64,000 nucleotides of DNA from Hydrolagus colliei (Eukaryota). The stretch is from assembly GCA_035084275.1 (NCBI GenBank), contig CM068771.1, positions 620,001 through 684,000 of the forward strand, in the 5' to 3' direction. Of the stretch, positions 23,001-35,850 are shown one piece after another. Position 1 is the first letter of the stretch. Each line of letters opens with the position of its first letter. A program made the translations under genes and the position numbers. The notes beneath the pieces are model-generated. The model was not told where the DNA came from and did no database searches. It was given only the letters and a program-made list of their open reading frames with translations.

Positions 23001-24815
23001 CTCCCCTTCGAGTTTCACCCCTTCCCAAACAGTCCCCTCTCAGCTCGGGTCACACGCCTCCTGTGCAGCACCTTGGGACGTCCTCCCGACGTGAAAGTAA
23101 ATGTAATTTGTTGTTGTTGTTGTTGTTGTTGTTGTTGAAGGCTGGTCTCGAGACCCTCCTCTTCGACTGTGCCTTCTGCTGCCCTCCCAACTCTCTCCCT
23201 GTCCTACTAAATCTCTCTCTCCCCTCCTAACTCTCTCCTGCCCCTCCCTCCTACCCTGCCCCTCTCCCTTGCTCAGGTCCCGACCTGACTGCACAGTGCC
23301 TTGCGGCATCCCCCGAGATGTGAAAAGCGCTCTATGAATGTAATTTTGTTGTTGTGTGTGGGCATTTGGTCTCATTGTGTGTTGGCGGGGTTTTAGTGTA
23401 TATTTGGTGGGTGGGGGATAGGTGTGTGCTGCTGCTTGGGAGGTTACTTAATGTGGTCTGACAGTTAAGTGAACATTTTGGAAATAGTGACCCTATTATG
23501 ATTGAATTTGCGATGGAGATTTGAGAGGGAGATGGTCGAGGCACAAACCAAACTTTTACATTTGAATAAAGTAAACTTTATAGTGATGAGAAATAAATGA
23601 ACTACGGCAACTGGACTGAAGTGTTAACAAAATTATACATGTATCATGCCTTTCAAGTCAGCCAGACATCCCATAAACTAACAGACACACAATGGGTAAA
23701 TCTTCAATAAAATATCAATATAAAATCTTCAATAAACATATTTGCGACAATACAAACCAGTACTTAACCCTAAAACACAAAAGCTCCACATGTACAGTTG
23801 GCTGCCGCTATTCGCCAACAAATATATACAGTCAATTCACTTTACAGTATATTCTGTGAAGCGCTTTGGGACGTTGATAAGATGTGGAAACCGCTATATC
23901 AAATGCAAGGATTATTATTATATATATTATTATTACAGTTAAACAACTATGGTCCACAACAAATGTAAGAGGCATCAAGAAGCTAACAATGACAATAAGG
24001 CAATGGTAAACTTTACATAAGTACCTTGCTTCCATTTCACAGTAGAGGAAGAGGACAATATACCAGCTGTACAGAGGAATCTAACAATATGCCAAAGAGA
24101 AGTATTAAATGCATTTAATATTAATAGAACATGGTAATGGAGAAACAAATCAATCTCAATGGGGCACAAACATAAAATCAGAACTGGGGCATTTAGGAGT
24201 GAAATCATGCATAGGCCTTTGAGAATCTGGAACTCTCTCTTCCCAAAAGGCTGTGGATTATGGATGGATCCAGTCACACTGTTGAAACCAAGAATGCGGA
24301 TGTTTGTTAGGTCAGGGTATCAAGGAATATGCGGCAAATGTGGGTAATTGGAGTTGAAGTACAGATCAGACATGACCTTATAGAATGGTGGAACTGGCTT
24401 GAATGGCCTCCTGTTCCTATGGTTTTGTGTGTGTGTCTGTGTGTGTGTGTGGACATGTGTATTCATGGGTCTCAGTGTGTATTTGACCCACTGTGTCTTT
24501 ACAGAATATACTGTGAAGTGGATTGCTTGTATTTTGTGGGCTAAATGTAGCAGTCAGTTGTGCACAGCACTGTCCATCTTGTATCTTTCCCTATATATTT
24601 GTGTCCCTGTGTCCCCCCTGTGTATGCCATTGTGTGCCAGCTCTGAGCTGCTCCTCTCTCCTCACTCAGAGCCGGAGGTGCCTGAGGCTCAGGGCGGAGC
24701 GGGGACGGTGATCTGTGCTCTGGGAATCTCACTGGGAATCATCAGTGCCATCGTGGGTATCATCTTACTGCTGAAAGAGAGGCAGCGTCTCCACGGCCAA
24801 CAGCGCTCGCTCTAG
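9094..24815 (+). CDS. MHCIIA: MHC class II alpha chain gene, join(9094..9157,15343..15597,19186..19467,24670..24815), 248 aa
   Basis: Four exons with canonical AG/GT and all phase-1 junctions join in frame (64+255+282+146=747 nt): leader, alpha1, Ig-C1 alpha2, CP/TM/CYT. X-Y promoter lies 80 bp upstream. Confidence 0.95.
9237..9528 (-). mobile_element. tRNA-derived SINE in alpha intron 1
   Basis: Same family on the reverse strand. Confidence 0.85.
9535..9945. repeat. Minisatellite, ~26-30 bp unit (tagtgtgagggctaatgtattattacagt)
   Basis: More than 12 visible tandem copies. Confidence 0.9.
11390..13330 (+). mobile_element. Decayed CR1 LINE (endonuclease start through RT), interrupted
   Basis: LRVMYTKAHNIRNK-type endonuclease start, kspgpdg, DFQKAFD, GVPQGS.LG, FADNT motifs with stops and frameshifts. 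Confidence 0.85.
13402..13710 (+). mobile_element. tRNA-derived SINE (near full length)
   Basis: gtagctcagtggttagagcac head to tatcaaatgcaaggatt tail. Confidence 0.9.
14030..15045. repeat. Minisatellite (aacaattgtgtgtgtctctctctat)n
   Basis: ~35-40 copies of a unit containing CAATTG plus TG/TC runs. Confidence 0.95.
15343..15597 (+). CDS. MHCIIA: Class II alpha exon 2 (alpha1 domain)
   Basis: tgtgtcag acceptor and gtgagt donor; LHDSSLVTLCQ...DWDELLYMDF...RLPEF...QNIQTCKNNLKV matches class II alpha1 motifs (D-x-DE, RLPEF, N62/N69). Confidence 0.95.
15617..16580. repeat. Poly-G run plus minisatellite (gtttatacagcactctggtgtgtg)n at the start of alpha intron 2
   Basis: 25-G run at 15617-15641, then ~30 units; a decayed version lies at 17290-17580. 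Confidence 0.95.
17766..18152 (+). mobile_element. tRNA-derived SINE with a nested L2-tail insertion and a foldback at the 3' end
   Basis: SINE head, inserted aagcgctctgag...(ttg)n piece, 32-bp inverted arms. Confidence 0.75.
19186..19467 (+). CDS. MHCIIA: Class II alpha exon 3 (alpha2 Ig-C1 domain, 282 nt)
   Basis: PPEISVYPEEPVEWGVMNTLICHAAGFYPP...W...FTCKVEHRSL; canonical 282-nt exon, ccacag acceptor, gtcagt donor. Confidence 0.97.
19640..20030 (+). repeat. G-rich array (ggggagggggcagtga)n in alpha intron 3
   Basis: Tandem G-run units, G-rich on the coding strand. Confidence 0.9.
21117..23135 (+). mobile_element. Young L2 LINE, 5'-truncated, RT domain largely intact
   Basis: [36 protein letters not shown], (N)ADDTQLY; 8-bp deletion near 22790 shifts the frame; (ttg)n tail. 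Confidence 0.95.
24670..24815 (+). CDS. MHCIIA: Class II alpha exon 4 (connecting peptide, TM, cytoplasmic tail)
   Basis: EPEVPEAQGGAGTVICALGISLGIISAIVGIILLLKERQRLHGQQRSL*; CALG..LG TM motif typical of class II alpha. Confidence 0.95.
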
Positions 24816-24959
24816 TGAGTAACAGTGCAACTCGCTCACTCTTACACTGTCTGTCTGTGTCACACAGTGGCCTCTGCCTGTGTCACTGTGACCACTGTGT
24901 GTCAAAGTGACTAATGTCTATGTCACTGTGACCACTGTCTGACCAGCCAAACTACACAG

Positions 24960-25320
24960 CTTGCCATTGATATCACAGGCTGACAAGCTTTCATGCTCCT
25001 TATCCAGCTAGGACCAACCTATCTTTAATTTAGGGGTTTGGGTGCAGGGTTAGCAGTAGCTGAGTGAGAGGATTCCCTGCCCCCAGTGACTGGGCTGCTC
25101 TGCCAGGTCCTGCTGATGATCCAGGCTGATCCAGTGAGAACCCTGGAATACTGCGGACACTCCTGGATCGGGAACCAAACCAGAGAAGGTCACAGAGACA
25201 GGCTGGATATCCGCACTCCATTGCCAGGCAGGTCACCTTGGGATAGTTCAGCTCCGAGGCCTGAATGTGGTGTCAATGACACTGTCCTGATCAGTGCCAG
25301 TGATGTCTGGGTCTCTCAAT
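24960..25320 (+). repeat. Unclassified ~350-bp repeat (second copy at 61440-61790)
   Basis: Shared ttgccat.gatatcac...agctgagtgaga.gattccctgc...cattgccag.caggtcaccttgg blocks. Confidence 0.7.
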
Positions 25321-25361
25321 CCCAATGATTTATAATGATTCCTATTCTTGTGTTTTCTCAG

Positions 25362-25490
25362 GTGTGTTCAGTGGGAAAATATATGGAAAACTCACAAGGC
25401 AGAGCTTCATTTACTCAAAATATCATGAGAAGCAGCTTAAACTATGACTGTCTGAGATTCCTTAATAAACTGATTCTGTGTGAAATACCT
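25362..25490 (+). other. Probable terminal 3'UTR exon of the alpha gene with polyA signal AATAAA at 25464-25469
   Basis: Pyrimidine-rich acceptor ttcttgtgttttctcag ending 25361, AATAAA ~100 nt later followed by GT-rich sequence. An alternative acceptor exists near 26390. Confidence 0.55.
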
Positions 25491-27559
25491 TATTACACTG
25501 TGTCTGTGTGTGAGACATTATTACTCTGCGTGTCTGTGTGGGTGAACTTATTACACTGTGTGTGTTCCTGAGATGTTTTATTGCAAGGTGCCTGTGAGAG
25601 ATATTAATGCACTGTCTGTGTAAGAGACCTTATTACACAGTGTGTCTGTGTGAGAGACCCTATTATTATGCTATTACAAATCTCTTATTACAACAACAAA
25701 ATTACATTTGTAGAGCAACTTCCATGACAGGAAGATGACCCAAGGCACTGAATAGTCAGTTCAGGACCTGAGTGGGTTCTAGGGGTGGCAGGCTTAAATT
25801 GAGGATGGGCAGAGAGGTAGGAGGGTGACCGAAGGTTGAAAAGGATGGTCTTGAGTTCAGCCTTGAATGAGGCAAGGGAGGCAGCAAGTTGAAGGGACTG
25901 TGGGATGAAGTTCCAGAGGGTTTGGGTGGAGAGGTTGAAAGCCAGGCCACCGATGGTAGGGCGGGCTGAACGGGAGACGGGGAGCAGGCTGAATGGAGGG
26001 AGCGTACAGGTTGAAAGCAGATCAGATCAGGAAGGGGCAAGGCTGTGGAGGGCCTTGAAATTGAAGAGAAGGATCTTAAATTTGATCCTGGGAATGGGGT
26101 GCCAGTGGAGCTGGGCAAGGATGGGGGTAATGGGATTGCAGAGCCCGGTGTGGGACAAGACATGAGCTGCAGAATTTGGGATGATCTGCAGCATGTGGAT
26201 GGAAGATTTGGGGAAGCTGATAAGGAGGGAGTTATCATAGTCGTGCCTTCAGCCACTACACTCAGAGGATCTGGAATTCCCTTCCTCACTCACTTCAATT
26301 TTCATCACCTTGGGACGTCCTCCTGACGTGAAAGACACTCTATAAATGTAATTTTGTTGTTCACCTTGTCCCCTCTCTTCCTATCTTCAGGTTTCTTTTC
26401 GACCGTGTTTTTGGTCACCTTCCCCCTCCTTGGCTCGTCCCCGGGATCCGTTATTGGGAAGCGCTCTGAGATGCCATTTGGCATGGTGGGCGCTATATAA
26501 ATCCAAGTTGTTATGACTAGTGATAGCAGAAGTCACCATCTACTGCCTCTCGGACACACAAAAACACACACAATCAATCACAGAAAGAGAGAGAAACCTA
26601 CACAGACAGAAACACACACTAATAGACACACACAGGCCCAGAGTGGTACATTTGTAAACACATTCACAGACATAGACACACACACACACATATAGAGACT
26701 CACAGACAGAAACACATCATTGCAGACAGTCACAGACATGCAGGAGGGATGGTTCCTGCTCGGGGAGTATCTGAATCTAGAAGCTAAATTATAAAACAGG
26801 ACCTCAAGGGTGGTAATCTGCAGGTGACTATGTGAGCCATGTGCAAATCAGAAAAGGGAGAATCAGATCAGCAAACAGCAATAACATGGTAAGGCGGGTC
26901 AGAAAATCACAGAGGTAGGAGGGGGCAAGCCTGCGGAGGGCCTTGAACTGTAGAGAAGGATCTTGAATTCTATCCTCTGAGGGATGGTGAGACAGTGGAG
27001 TTGGTTGAGGGTGGAGGGTGATGGGATCACAGAGCCTGGTGCGAGAGAGGACATGAACTGCAGATTTGATTTTGGCAGTCTGGGGAGTGAGGCAATGGCA
27101 GAGATGTACAATATTGTGGAGTTGGTGGAAGGCACAGATATGGGAGAGAAATGTGGGGGGGTAAACACATGAACATACATTGGGAAATATTCAAAGAAAT
27201 ATGTTGGATATCACTAAACTAGTACTTTTCCCCTAAGACACAAAAGCTCCACTTGTGGTTGTTGTCGACAAATGAGGTAAGTGGCTATCAAATGTATCAA
27301 ACAGATATAAACAAAGTACAGTAATGAGAAGTGCAAAAAGCAGAAGGAGAAAAAATTTGCAAGGCATACCAAGGGCAAAATTGAGGGTTTTATAAATATA
27401 TTAAGACAGATAAAATAGTGAAGGGGAATATGTACCCATTGAAGATAGATATGAGATTTTAATGGACAATAAGGAAATGGCAGACTTGTGAAATGAAACA
27501 TGTACACAAAAAATACAAAATTATGTTTGAACAGCGCCTTTCATATCAGGAGGATGAAC

Positions 27560-29400
27560 CAAGGCGCTGGACAATCAGGGATTTTGAACTGAGCAGGGGA
27601 TTGAGATCAGGCAGGGTAGAGGGCAGGGAGGAAGATGGGCAGGGAGATTAGGTGGGTGGCCATAGGTGTGGTTGAAGAGGAAGTTTTCAAAACTCGACTT
27701 GAAGGAGGTAAGGGTGGTAGTGAGGCAAAGGGATGGATGGAGTTCTAAAGAATGGGAATATAGAGGTTGAAGGCCTGACCACTGATGGTGGGGAGGGCCA
27801 GGTGGGGGACATGGAGCAAGGCCAACCTGCCTACTGAGTGTGGAGTGTGGGGGGGCTGGTGACAGGTTAATAGGGGGTCAGCAGGTGACTGAGATAGGAC
27901 CATGGAGGGCATTGAAAGTGATGTCAAGGATTTAGAATTCTATCCTCTGGAGGATAGAGAGCCAGTGGAGCTGGGTGAGGGTGAAGATGATAGCCTCATG
28001 GAGCCTGGTCTAGCAGAGAATATGGGCTGCAGAGTTCTGGGTGATCCACAGCTTGTGGAGGGAAGAGTTGGGAAGGCCAACAAGCCAACAGTTGGTGTAG
28101 TCAAACCTAGATGTTATGAATGCATATCTGAGGATCTCGGCGGCCTGAGGGGTAAGGCAATGGAGGAGTTGGGCAATGTTGAGGAGGTGGGGGGAGGCAG
28201 AGCAGATTATAGAACTGACTTGGGGTAGAAAAGATGGTTGAGGATCAAGCAATGCGTAAAGTTTCTGGACTGGCTCAGTGAGATGGAGTTTGCATTCATG
28301 GATTGTGATGCTATCAGCAACTGAGGTGTGGAGACGCTGACAGAAACCAATCAGGTGCACCTCAGTCTTGGTAATGTTCAACTGTAGAAAGTTAGCTCTT
28401 ATCCAGGACTTTATATCTGGCAGACATTCTTCTATGACAGCAGTGAGACTGGAGTCGAGGGTGGAGGTAGAGAGGTACAGTTGGGTGTCATCTGTGTACA
28501 TGTGGAAGTTGACCACATGTCTGATGTTGCCAAGAAGGCGCATAAAGATGTTGAAGAGGAGGGGACGAAGGACAGAGCACTGAGAACACTCCACAAGATG
28601 TTGTGGGGGCTAAAGGAGAAGCCATTTGTGGAGATGAAGTAGAGATTGTAGAGGTGGTAGGATCTGAATCATTCAATGACAAGACCATGAAGGATGAGGA
28701 GAGGCAGTGGAGGAGGATAGAGTGGACAACAGTATTGAAGGCATCACAGTGGTCAAGGAAGATGAGGAAGCAGAGGGAGCCCTGATCACAATGGACAGGA
28801 TGTCATTTGTCACTTTGACTGGAGCTGTTTCTTAGCTATGGGCAGCATGGAAACCCCATTGGAGGATTTTATGAAGAGTGTGGTGGGAGAGGAACGAGTG
28901 AAGCTGCGAAGCAATTACTCATCTCAGGTTCTTGAAAAGGAAAGGAAGGTTGGAGACTTGGCAGGAATTTGGGAGAAAGGATGGGTCCAGAGTTTGTTTT
29001 CAAGGATAGAAATGATGATGACTGTTTTTAAAAAGTGTTGGGAATGGTGCCAATGAACAGGGACAGGTTTATGATGTGAGTAGGGGCAAGGAGGTGAAGT
29101 TGTGAGGTAGGGAGAAGGTGGAGTGAAGGGAGCAGGTGGTCGGTTTCATGTAGGTTATAGTGGTGGTGAAGGAGGAGGGAGAGACAGGTTCGATGGGATG
29201 GAGGGAGGGATAGGTAGGAGTCAAGGTTTGAGAGGGGTGGGGGATGGTGAGGGGCTAGTGCTTGGAAGGGAAGAGGTGCCTGAGTGGTTGGTATTGGAGA
29301 GGATATGGGAGATGAGAGGGTGGGAGGAGGAGCCGGCTGGTGATAGAGAAGAGGAGCCTGGGGTTGTTGATCAATATGGCAGTGGACAGTAGGCTGGCAT
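27560..29400 (-). mobile_element. Old L2 LINE fragments
   Basis: Reverse-strand [13 protein letters not shown]...ANFLQLNITKTE and 3' motifs, heavily decayed. Confidence 0.85.
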
Positions 29401-30220
29401 CATGAGAAGCTCACCAATTATGATTCCAAAAATGGGACTAAACATGATTTGGTAATCCAGGTGAATGGAGCCAATCATAGTTTGATTGGATTCAAGTGGG
29501 GGGCACGGGGAGCTCTTGGGCTCGAGGCACTACGGGGCTGGGGAGCTTGCAAAAGGATGGAGGTCTCTTAGACGGGAGCAGGGCCTGAAGAGAGGCTGGA
29601 ATTCAGAGGCTGTTGCGAGATCCATGGCTCATAATCGAGCAGGATCCGAATCACAGATGGATCTTGTATCTGGAACACAAGCAAGTGGACATGAAGCAAG
29701 GCCAAACAGAGCTCGAAGACAATATTGGCACAGGGTTCAACACCTCCCCAATAGTTCCATGACCCAATGGGGACCAAGGCCGCCCAGTGGAGCTGACAAA
29801 ATTCCAGAACCACTGCTGTCCTAACAGACAGGAGATGCTGGATTTCCTTGAGTCCAAAATCAAGGGAATCCACTCTATGGCTACTGTCCCTCCAACTTGC
29901 ACCCCTCTCCACCTCCCACACACACTCCACCTCTCCCCCACACCCATACCTCCTTACAAACCTTCGATCCCATCTCCCCATCCTCCGTCAGCAAAACTAT
30001 CTCCTCCATGAAGCCCACCACCATGCTGCCGATACACTTATCCATGCATTCATCACATCTAGGGTCAACTACAGGAAATTTCTCCTTGTCAGCCTCCCAG
30101 CTCCTCCCTTTGCAGGCTGCACATTATTCAGAACTCTGCAGCTCGTGTACTCTCTCACACTAGGCTCAGCGACCACATCACTCCCACTCTTGCCCATCTC
30201 CACTGGCTTCCTGTCCCAGT

Positions 30221-30420
30221 AGGGTCCGGCGATATATCAATATATAGCAAAAACCCGATATAATTTTCATATCGATACGCCGATATAAGCATTTAAAAAA
30301 TATAAATATATCGAAAAATGTATATATCGAGGTAAAAAAATCGGAATGCGCGCATACTGAACTACAAGACCCAGAATGCTCATCTCTATACACAATGCAC
30401 AGACCGAGGTGCAAAGCCGC
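30221..30420. mobile_element. One end of a hAT-like non-autonomous DNA element
   Basis: tagggtccggcgatatatc terminus with repeated cgatat subterminal motifs, inserted in an L2 fragment; no partner end found. Confidence 0.5.
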
Positions 30421-30759
30421 CATATTGTATTCATAGTCCTCGAATACAATATACAGGTATGCAAGGGCTGGGGTGGGGAGAAAAGGCTAGGAGGGGGGAG
30501 GGGGAGAGAGACGGCTGGTGGGTGGTGGTGAGGGGGAGAGAGACGGCTGGGGGGGGGTGGGTGGGAGAGAGATGGCTGGGGGCTGGGGTAGAGACGGGGT
30601 GGATGTGATAATACACAGATAGATAGAGATGCGGGCGATGTGAGAGAGGAGAGTGACACAGAGACTCCGACAGAAGGGTGGGGGGAAAGAGAGGGAAAGA
30701 GTGGAGAAAGAGACAGGAGTGGGAGTAGGAGAGAGACCTGGGGAAGAGGAGAGAGAGGG

Positions 30760-32968
30760 GGGGGTGAGGTGATTAATTTAGTTGGAAAATTAGAGGAGTT
30801 GGGAGGGAGGGTTGGGTTTGGAGCCATTGAGATGCCAGACTGGCTTTGTGTGTGTGTGAAAGAGAGAGAGAGGGAAGGAAGGAGAGAAAGAAAAAAAAGA
30901 GGAAAAACCGACAGTGCTGCTTTAAGAGGAAACAACTCTTCCGTCCGCCATTGCACAAGTTTGATTAGTGATTGTGTGCTGTGTTTATAGACTGTAATCG
31001 ATATTTATTGCTTTATTGGTAAGTATCCATACAATATTCGGTTATTATTTAGTCTGTTATTAATATGGTCACTTTAAACATAAGTGAATTTTTTTTGTGG
31101 TGGGTTATCGGCAACTTGCCACCCGAATATCCGGCATGCTGTTTAATCAGCACTGTCTAGATCCTGGGGTGCCGGATAAACGGGCTTTTACTGTAAATCA
31201 CAAATTTATCATAGAATCATTGCATCATACTGCAAAAAAAGGAGGCCATTCGGCCCATCGAGTCTGTGCCGGCTCTTTCAAAAGAGCAATTCAATTCCAC
31301 TCCCCAGCTCTCTCCCCATAACTGTGCAAACTCGTCCTCCCAAATAAACCCATCCTCCTCTTTTAAAAGTTATCAAATCGCCCTAAACCAACTTTTCAGG
31401 CAATGCATTCCAGATTTGAAAAACTCGCTGGGTGAAAACATTTCTTTTCATCTCCTTACTCCTTCTTTTTGAAATTATTTTAAATCAGTGACCACGAGTC
31501 ACTGTTACACCCACCAGTGGAACAGATTTTCTTTGTTTACTCTGTCGAATCCCCTCATGATCTTATAAACCTCTATTAGGCCTCCTCACAACCTTCTCTG
31601 TTCCAATGAGAATAAACCTAGCCTCTCTAGCCTTTCCTCATAACTGAAGTACCTCGTTCCTGGTACCATCCTAGTAAATCTCCTATGCAACCTTTCCAAT
31701 GCCTTAACATCGTGCCTAAAGTGTGGTGACTAAAATTGTACACAGTACTAGAGCTGAGGCCTAAACAAAGTTTTACAGAGTTCAGTGAGGACTTCCTGAA
31801 TTTTGTACTCTATGCCCCTATTTATAACTCTATTGGTACTCTATGTCCCTATTTCCCTCCAGTTAGAAAAACATCTCTTTACCACCATACTTTGCTTTCT
31901 GTCTTTCAGCCAGTTCTGTAACCATGCTGCCACTATTCCCTTAACACTGTGGGCTTCAATTTTGTTTACAAGTCTTATGTCAGATGTCTTTTGAAAATCC
32001 ATAAAAATAATAATAATAATCCTTGCATTTATATAGTGTTTAGCATGTCTTCTAAACATCTCAAAGCATTTCAAAGATTATACTGTAAAGTGAACTGACT
32101 GTGTCGAAATGCAGCAGCCAATTGTGCTCAGCAGTATCCGCGCAATGAGTCATGGATTGAAATGGTCAAAAAAAAATTTTTTTGAAGGATTCCCATCACG
32201 TGTGTGGAGCAAGTAAACTTGCACAAGGTTCCGCCCTGGCTGGAATTTAACCCAGGACTTTCGATTGTAAGGCAACCATTGACTTCAATTATTAGTATTA
32301 TTTCCCAGTATTAGATCCAGCACTGCTTCTTTCTTGATTGAGCTGGAAACATACTGTTCTAGTATGATCCTGCACACATTTCAGGAATCCTTTCCATTCC
32401 TTACCCTTTACGCTGTTATGTTGCCAGTTTATGTTAGAATAATTGAAGTACCACATTATCACTACTCTATTGGTTTTGCAACTTTCTGAAATTTGCTTGC
32501 AGATTTGCTCATCTATCTCCTTCCCACTGCTTGGTTGACTTCAGTGTTTACTCGTTGCATTGCTGTTTATTCTCGCAGCCCACTGTGTAACTTGTTTGTC
32601 CTCTCTGAAGCTACATCCCAATTCCCTTCCTACCTTGATATTTGTTGAAACCCTTCCCCACAGCACCAATTCATCTCCCTGTGAGCACATAGGTCCCAGC
32701 CCTGTTCAGGTGTAACCCATCCACCTTGTGCAGGTCCCACCTGCCCTAGGACGAGTTGCAATGCTTCAGGAACCCGAAGCCCTCCTTTCTGCAACATCAT
32801 CTTTTGATTCGACTGTGGATATTCACTTACAGAAGGCATGGGGAGTAACCCACAGATTACACCTTCGAGATCCTGCTTTTTGGTTTTCACTCTAGTTTCT
32901 GATACCCTGTAGGATATCAGCTCCGTTTTTCCTCCCTATGTCATAGTTTCCAATATTGTCCACACCTT
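30760..32968 (+). repeat. Direct segmental duplication, copy A
   Basis: Same ordered mosaic (Tigger-like end, minus-strand CR1 with shared internal deletion, SINE, CR1 ORF1) as 42965-45177; offset ~12.2 kb. Confidence 0.92.
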
Positions 32969-33300
32969 CCAGATTATCCTCTTCCCGCTGTAGAATGTTT
33001 TGCACCTGCTCCATGATGTCCTCAACTCTGGCACCAGGAAGACAATATAGCACATGAGAATCATATCTTTGGTTGTAGAAACTCCAGTCCACTCCTCTCC
33101 CAAACGACAATCACATTGACACTCTTCCCTGTGTCACCCTATGGATCCATTTGCTTTTGACTGCCCTTCCCAGAGGTGTCATTACCCTCTCCAGAATTCC
33201 ATACAGTGAACTGCTTTATGAGTGCCACAGCCTCTAAACTGCCTGTCCCTTTTCCTAACATGCCGGATGGTCACCCACTCACTATTCTTCTGAACCCGCT
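32630..33300 (-). mobile_element. CR1 ORF1 (esterase-like) remnant
   Basis: CLPGARVEDI...DNIGNYDIGRK and VICGLLPMP motifs. Confidence 0.75.
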
Positions 33301-33410
33301 ATGGCTGTGGGGTTGACCACCTTCTGAAAAGATTGATCCACCAAATCTTCAGCCATGTGCTGTGTAGTGTCTCCAGCCTCTCCTCCAGCTCAGAAAGCCT
33401 GAGCTCCAAC

Positions 33411-35850
33411 AACAAAAACAACAACAACAAATTACACTTATACAGCGCCTTTCACGTCGGCAGGACGTCCCAAGGTGCTGCACAGGAGGCGTGTGACCCG
33501 AGCTGGGAGGGGAGTGTTTGGGAAGGGGTGAAACATGAAGGGGAGGTCGAAAAATGCTGGGTGGAAAAATAGGCACGGTCGAAGAGGAAAGTCTTCAAAC
33601 CGGCCTTGAAAGAGGAAAGGGAAGAAACGAAATGGAGGGATTGGGGGATGGTATTCCATAGGGTGGGAGCGGATAAACTGAAGGCCCGGCCTCCGATGGT
33701 GGGGCGGTTCGGGCGGGGGGCTTGGAGCAGGCCAAGTCCTGTTGAACGGAGGGTCCGGGTGGGCTTGTAGGGGGAAAGTAGATTGGTTAAATAGGGCGGG
33801 GCAAGGCTGTGTAAGGCCTTGAAGGTGAGGACGAGGATCTTGAACTCGATCCTCTGGAGAATGGGGAGCCAATGGAGACGGTCGAGGGTGGGGGTTATAT
33901 GGTCGCAGAGGCGGGTACGGGATAATACACGGGCTGCAGAGTTTTGAATGACCTGCAGCCTGTGAATGGAGGAACTGGGGAGGCCGATGAGTAGAGAGTT
34001 TCCATAGTCCAGCCTCGAGGTGATGTACGCGTGCACGAGTGTTTCGGCAGCGCGGGGGGTAAGATAGTTGCGGAGCCTGGCAATGTTACGCAGGTGGAAA
34101 TAAGTGGTGCCGGTCAAGGCACGGATTGGGGGAGGAAGGAGAATTTATGGTCGAACGTGATGCCGAGGTTCCTGATTGGCTTTGTGAGGTGGAGAGTGCA
34201 GCCTTGGATGTTGAGGCTGGCAGCGTCCGATGTGCGATGGCGCTGGCTTGAGCTGATCGGGAGAGCCTCTGTCTTACTCACGTTCAATTGCAGGAAGTTG
34301 TCCCTTGTCCAGGACTCAATGTTGGAGAGACATGCTGTCAGAACATCGATGGTCTGGGGGTTGAGGGATGAGGCAGAAAGGTACAACTGGGTGTCGTCCG
34401 CATACATGTGGAAATTTACCCCATGTTTGCGGATGACATCGCCCAGAGGGAGCGTGTAAAGGGTGAAAAGGAGGGGGCCGAGGACAGAGCCCTGAGGGAC
34501 GCCGTGAGAAACTGTGCGGGGGATTGAGGAAAAAACGTTGGAAGAAACAAAGTGTAAACGGTGGGTCAGGTAGGAATGGAACCAGTCAAGGACTGTGCCT
34601 TGAAGGTTGAGGTGGGAGGAAAGACGTTGGAGGAGGATGGTGTGATCGACTGTGTCGAACGCAGCAGACAGGTCAAGGAGGACGAGGATGCAGAGGGAGC
34701 CCTGGTCACAGGCGGTTAGGATGTCATTTGTAACCTTAACCAGGGCAGTTTCTGTGCTGTGAACAGGGCGGAAACCTGATTGGATGGGTTCAAGGAGTGA
34801 GTGAGTTGAAAGGAAAGAGCGGAGCTGGGAGGCAACCACTCTTTCAAGGACCTTGGATAAAACGGGAGGTTGTAGATGGGTCGATAGCTTGATGGTTGCG
34901 ACGCATCAAGGGAGGGTTTCTTCAGGATAGGGGTGATGGTGGCTGTTTTAAGGGAGGTAGGGATGGTGGCTGAGGAGAGGGAAACGTTGATGGTGTCAGA
35001 AATGAGCGGGGCCAAAAGGTGGAGCTGGGTGCGGAGGAGGGGAATGGGGTCCAATGAGCACGTGGTGGGTTTCATGGAGGTAATTATTTTTGTGACTGAA
35101 AACGGGGTGGTGGTGTTGAAAGTGTGAAATGGGGGGTGAGTAGGGGTTGAGGTAACTGATGAGGGCACGGAGTTGGAGGAGAGGTGGGGGGAGGAAACCG
35201 CAGAGCGGATTCTCTCTATTTTGGACTCGAGGAAGTCCAGCATGTTGTGGAGGGCGGTGGAGGCGGAGGATGGGTCGGTGCAAAAAGAATGCCATTGTGG
35301 GAAGAGGTCGGAGGTTTCTAGGGCAGAGGTGAAAGTTTGAGGGGGAATCTTCTTCCAGGGCCGGTAGAAGATGGTGGTGGGTTTGGAGGTGGAGGGGGAG
35401 GGATAGAGGTGTTGCAGGAGATGAAAAAATGGTCGGAGATGGCCTTGTCTGTGATGTGATGCCAGAGACGTTGAGGCCTCGGGTGATCACCAGATAGAGC
35501 GGATGGCCGTGGGTGTGATTGGCAGTGTTAATGTGAAGGGAGAAGTTGAAAGACTAAAGTAAAGAGGAGAATTCAGAGGAAATGGGGCAGGAGGGGGTGA
35601 AATGGAGGTTGAAATCGCGAAGAATGATAAGGCGATCAGAGGAGGCACAGAGGGAGGTTAAAAGAGAAGAAAAATCTGAAATGAAAGTTGGGGAGGGTTT
35701 GGGGGGGGCGATAGACTAATAGGATTTTGAAGGAATTGTGGGAGGAGTGAGAGAGGGTGAGCTGTTCAAAAGAGGGGAAGGAACCGGAGGAGTAGGGGGA
35801 TAGGGCGAGGCATGACTTTGAAATGAGGGCCACGCCACCGCCACGACGGG
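33411..35850 (-). mobile_element. Young L2 LINE with internal deletions and an endonuclease remnant
   Basis: Same subfamily as 21117-23135; YADDTQLY motif; GVALISK endonuclease piece near 35820. Confidence 0.93.

Noticed and set aside
20913-23138. 741-aa ORF as an active retrotransposon or host gene
   Set aside because: Chimeric 5'-truncated L2 ORF2 with no endonuclease domain, an altered YADD (NADD) and a frameshift near the C-terminus.
29300-30220. A second beta exon 1 at the position predicted by the 12.2-kb duplication offset
   Set aside because: The region holds only L2 fragments; no X-Y box or leader exon is seen.
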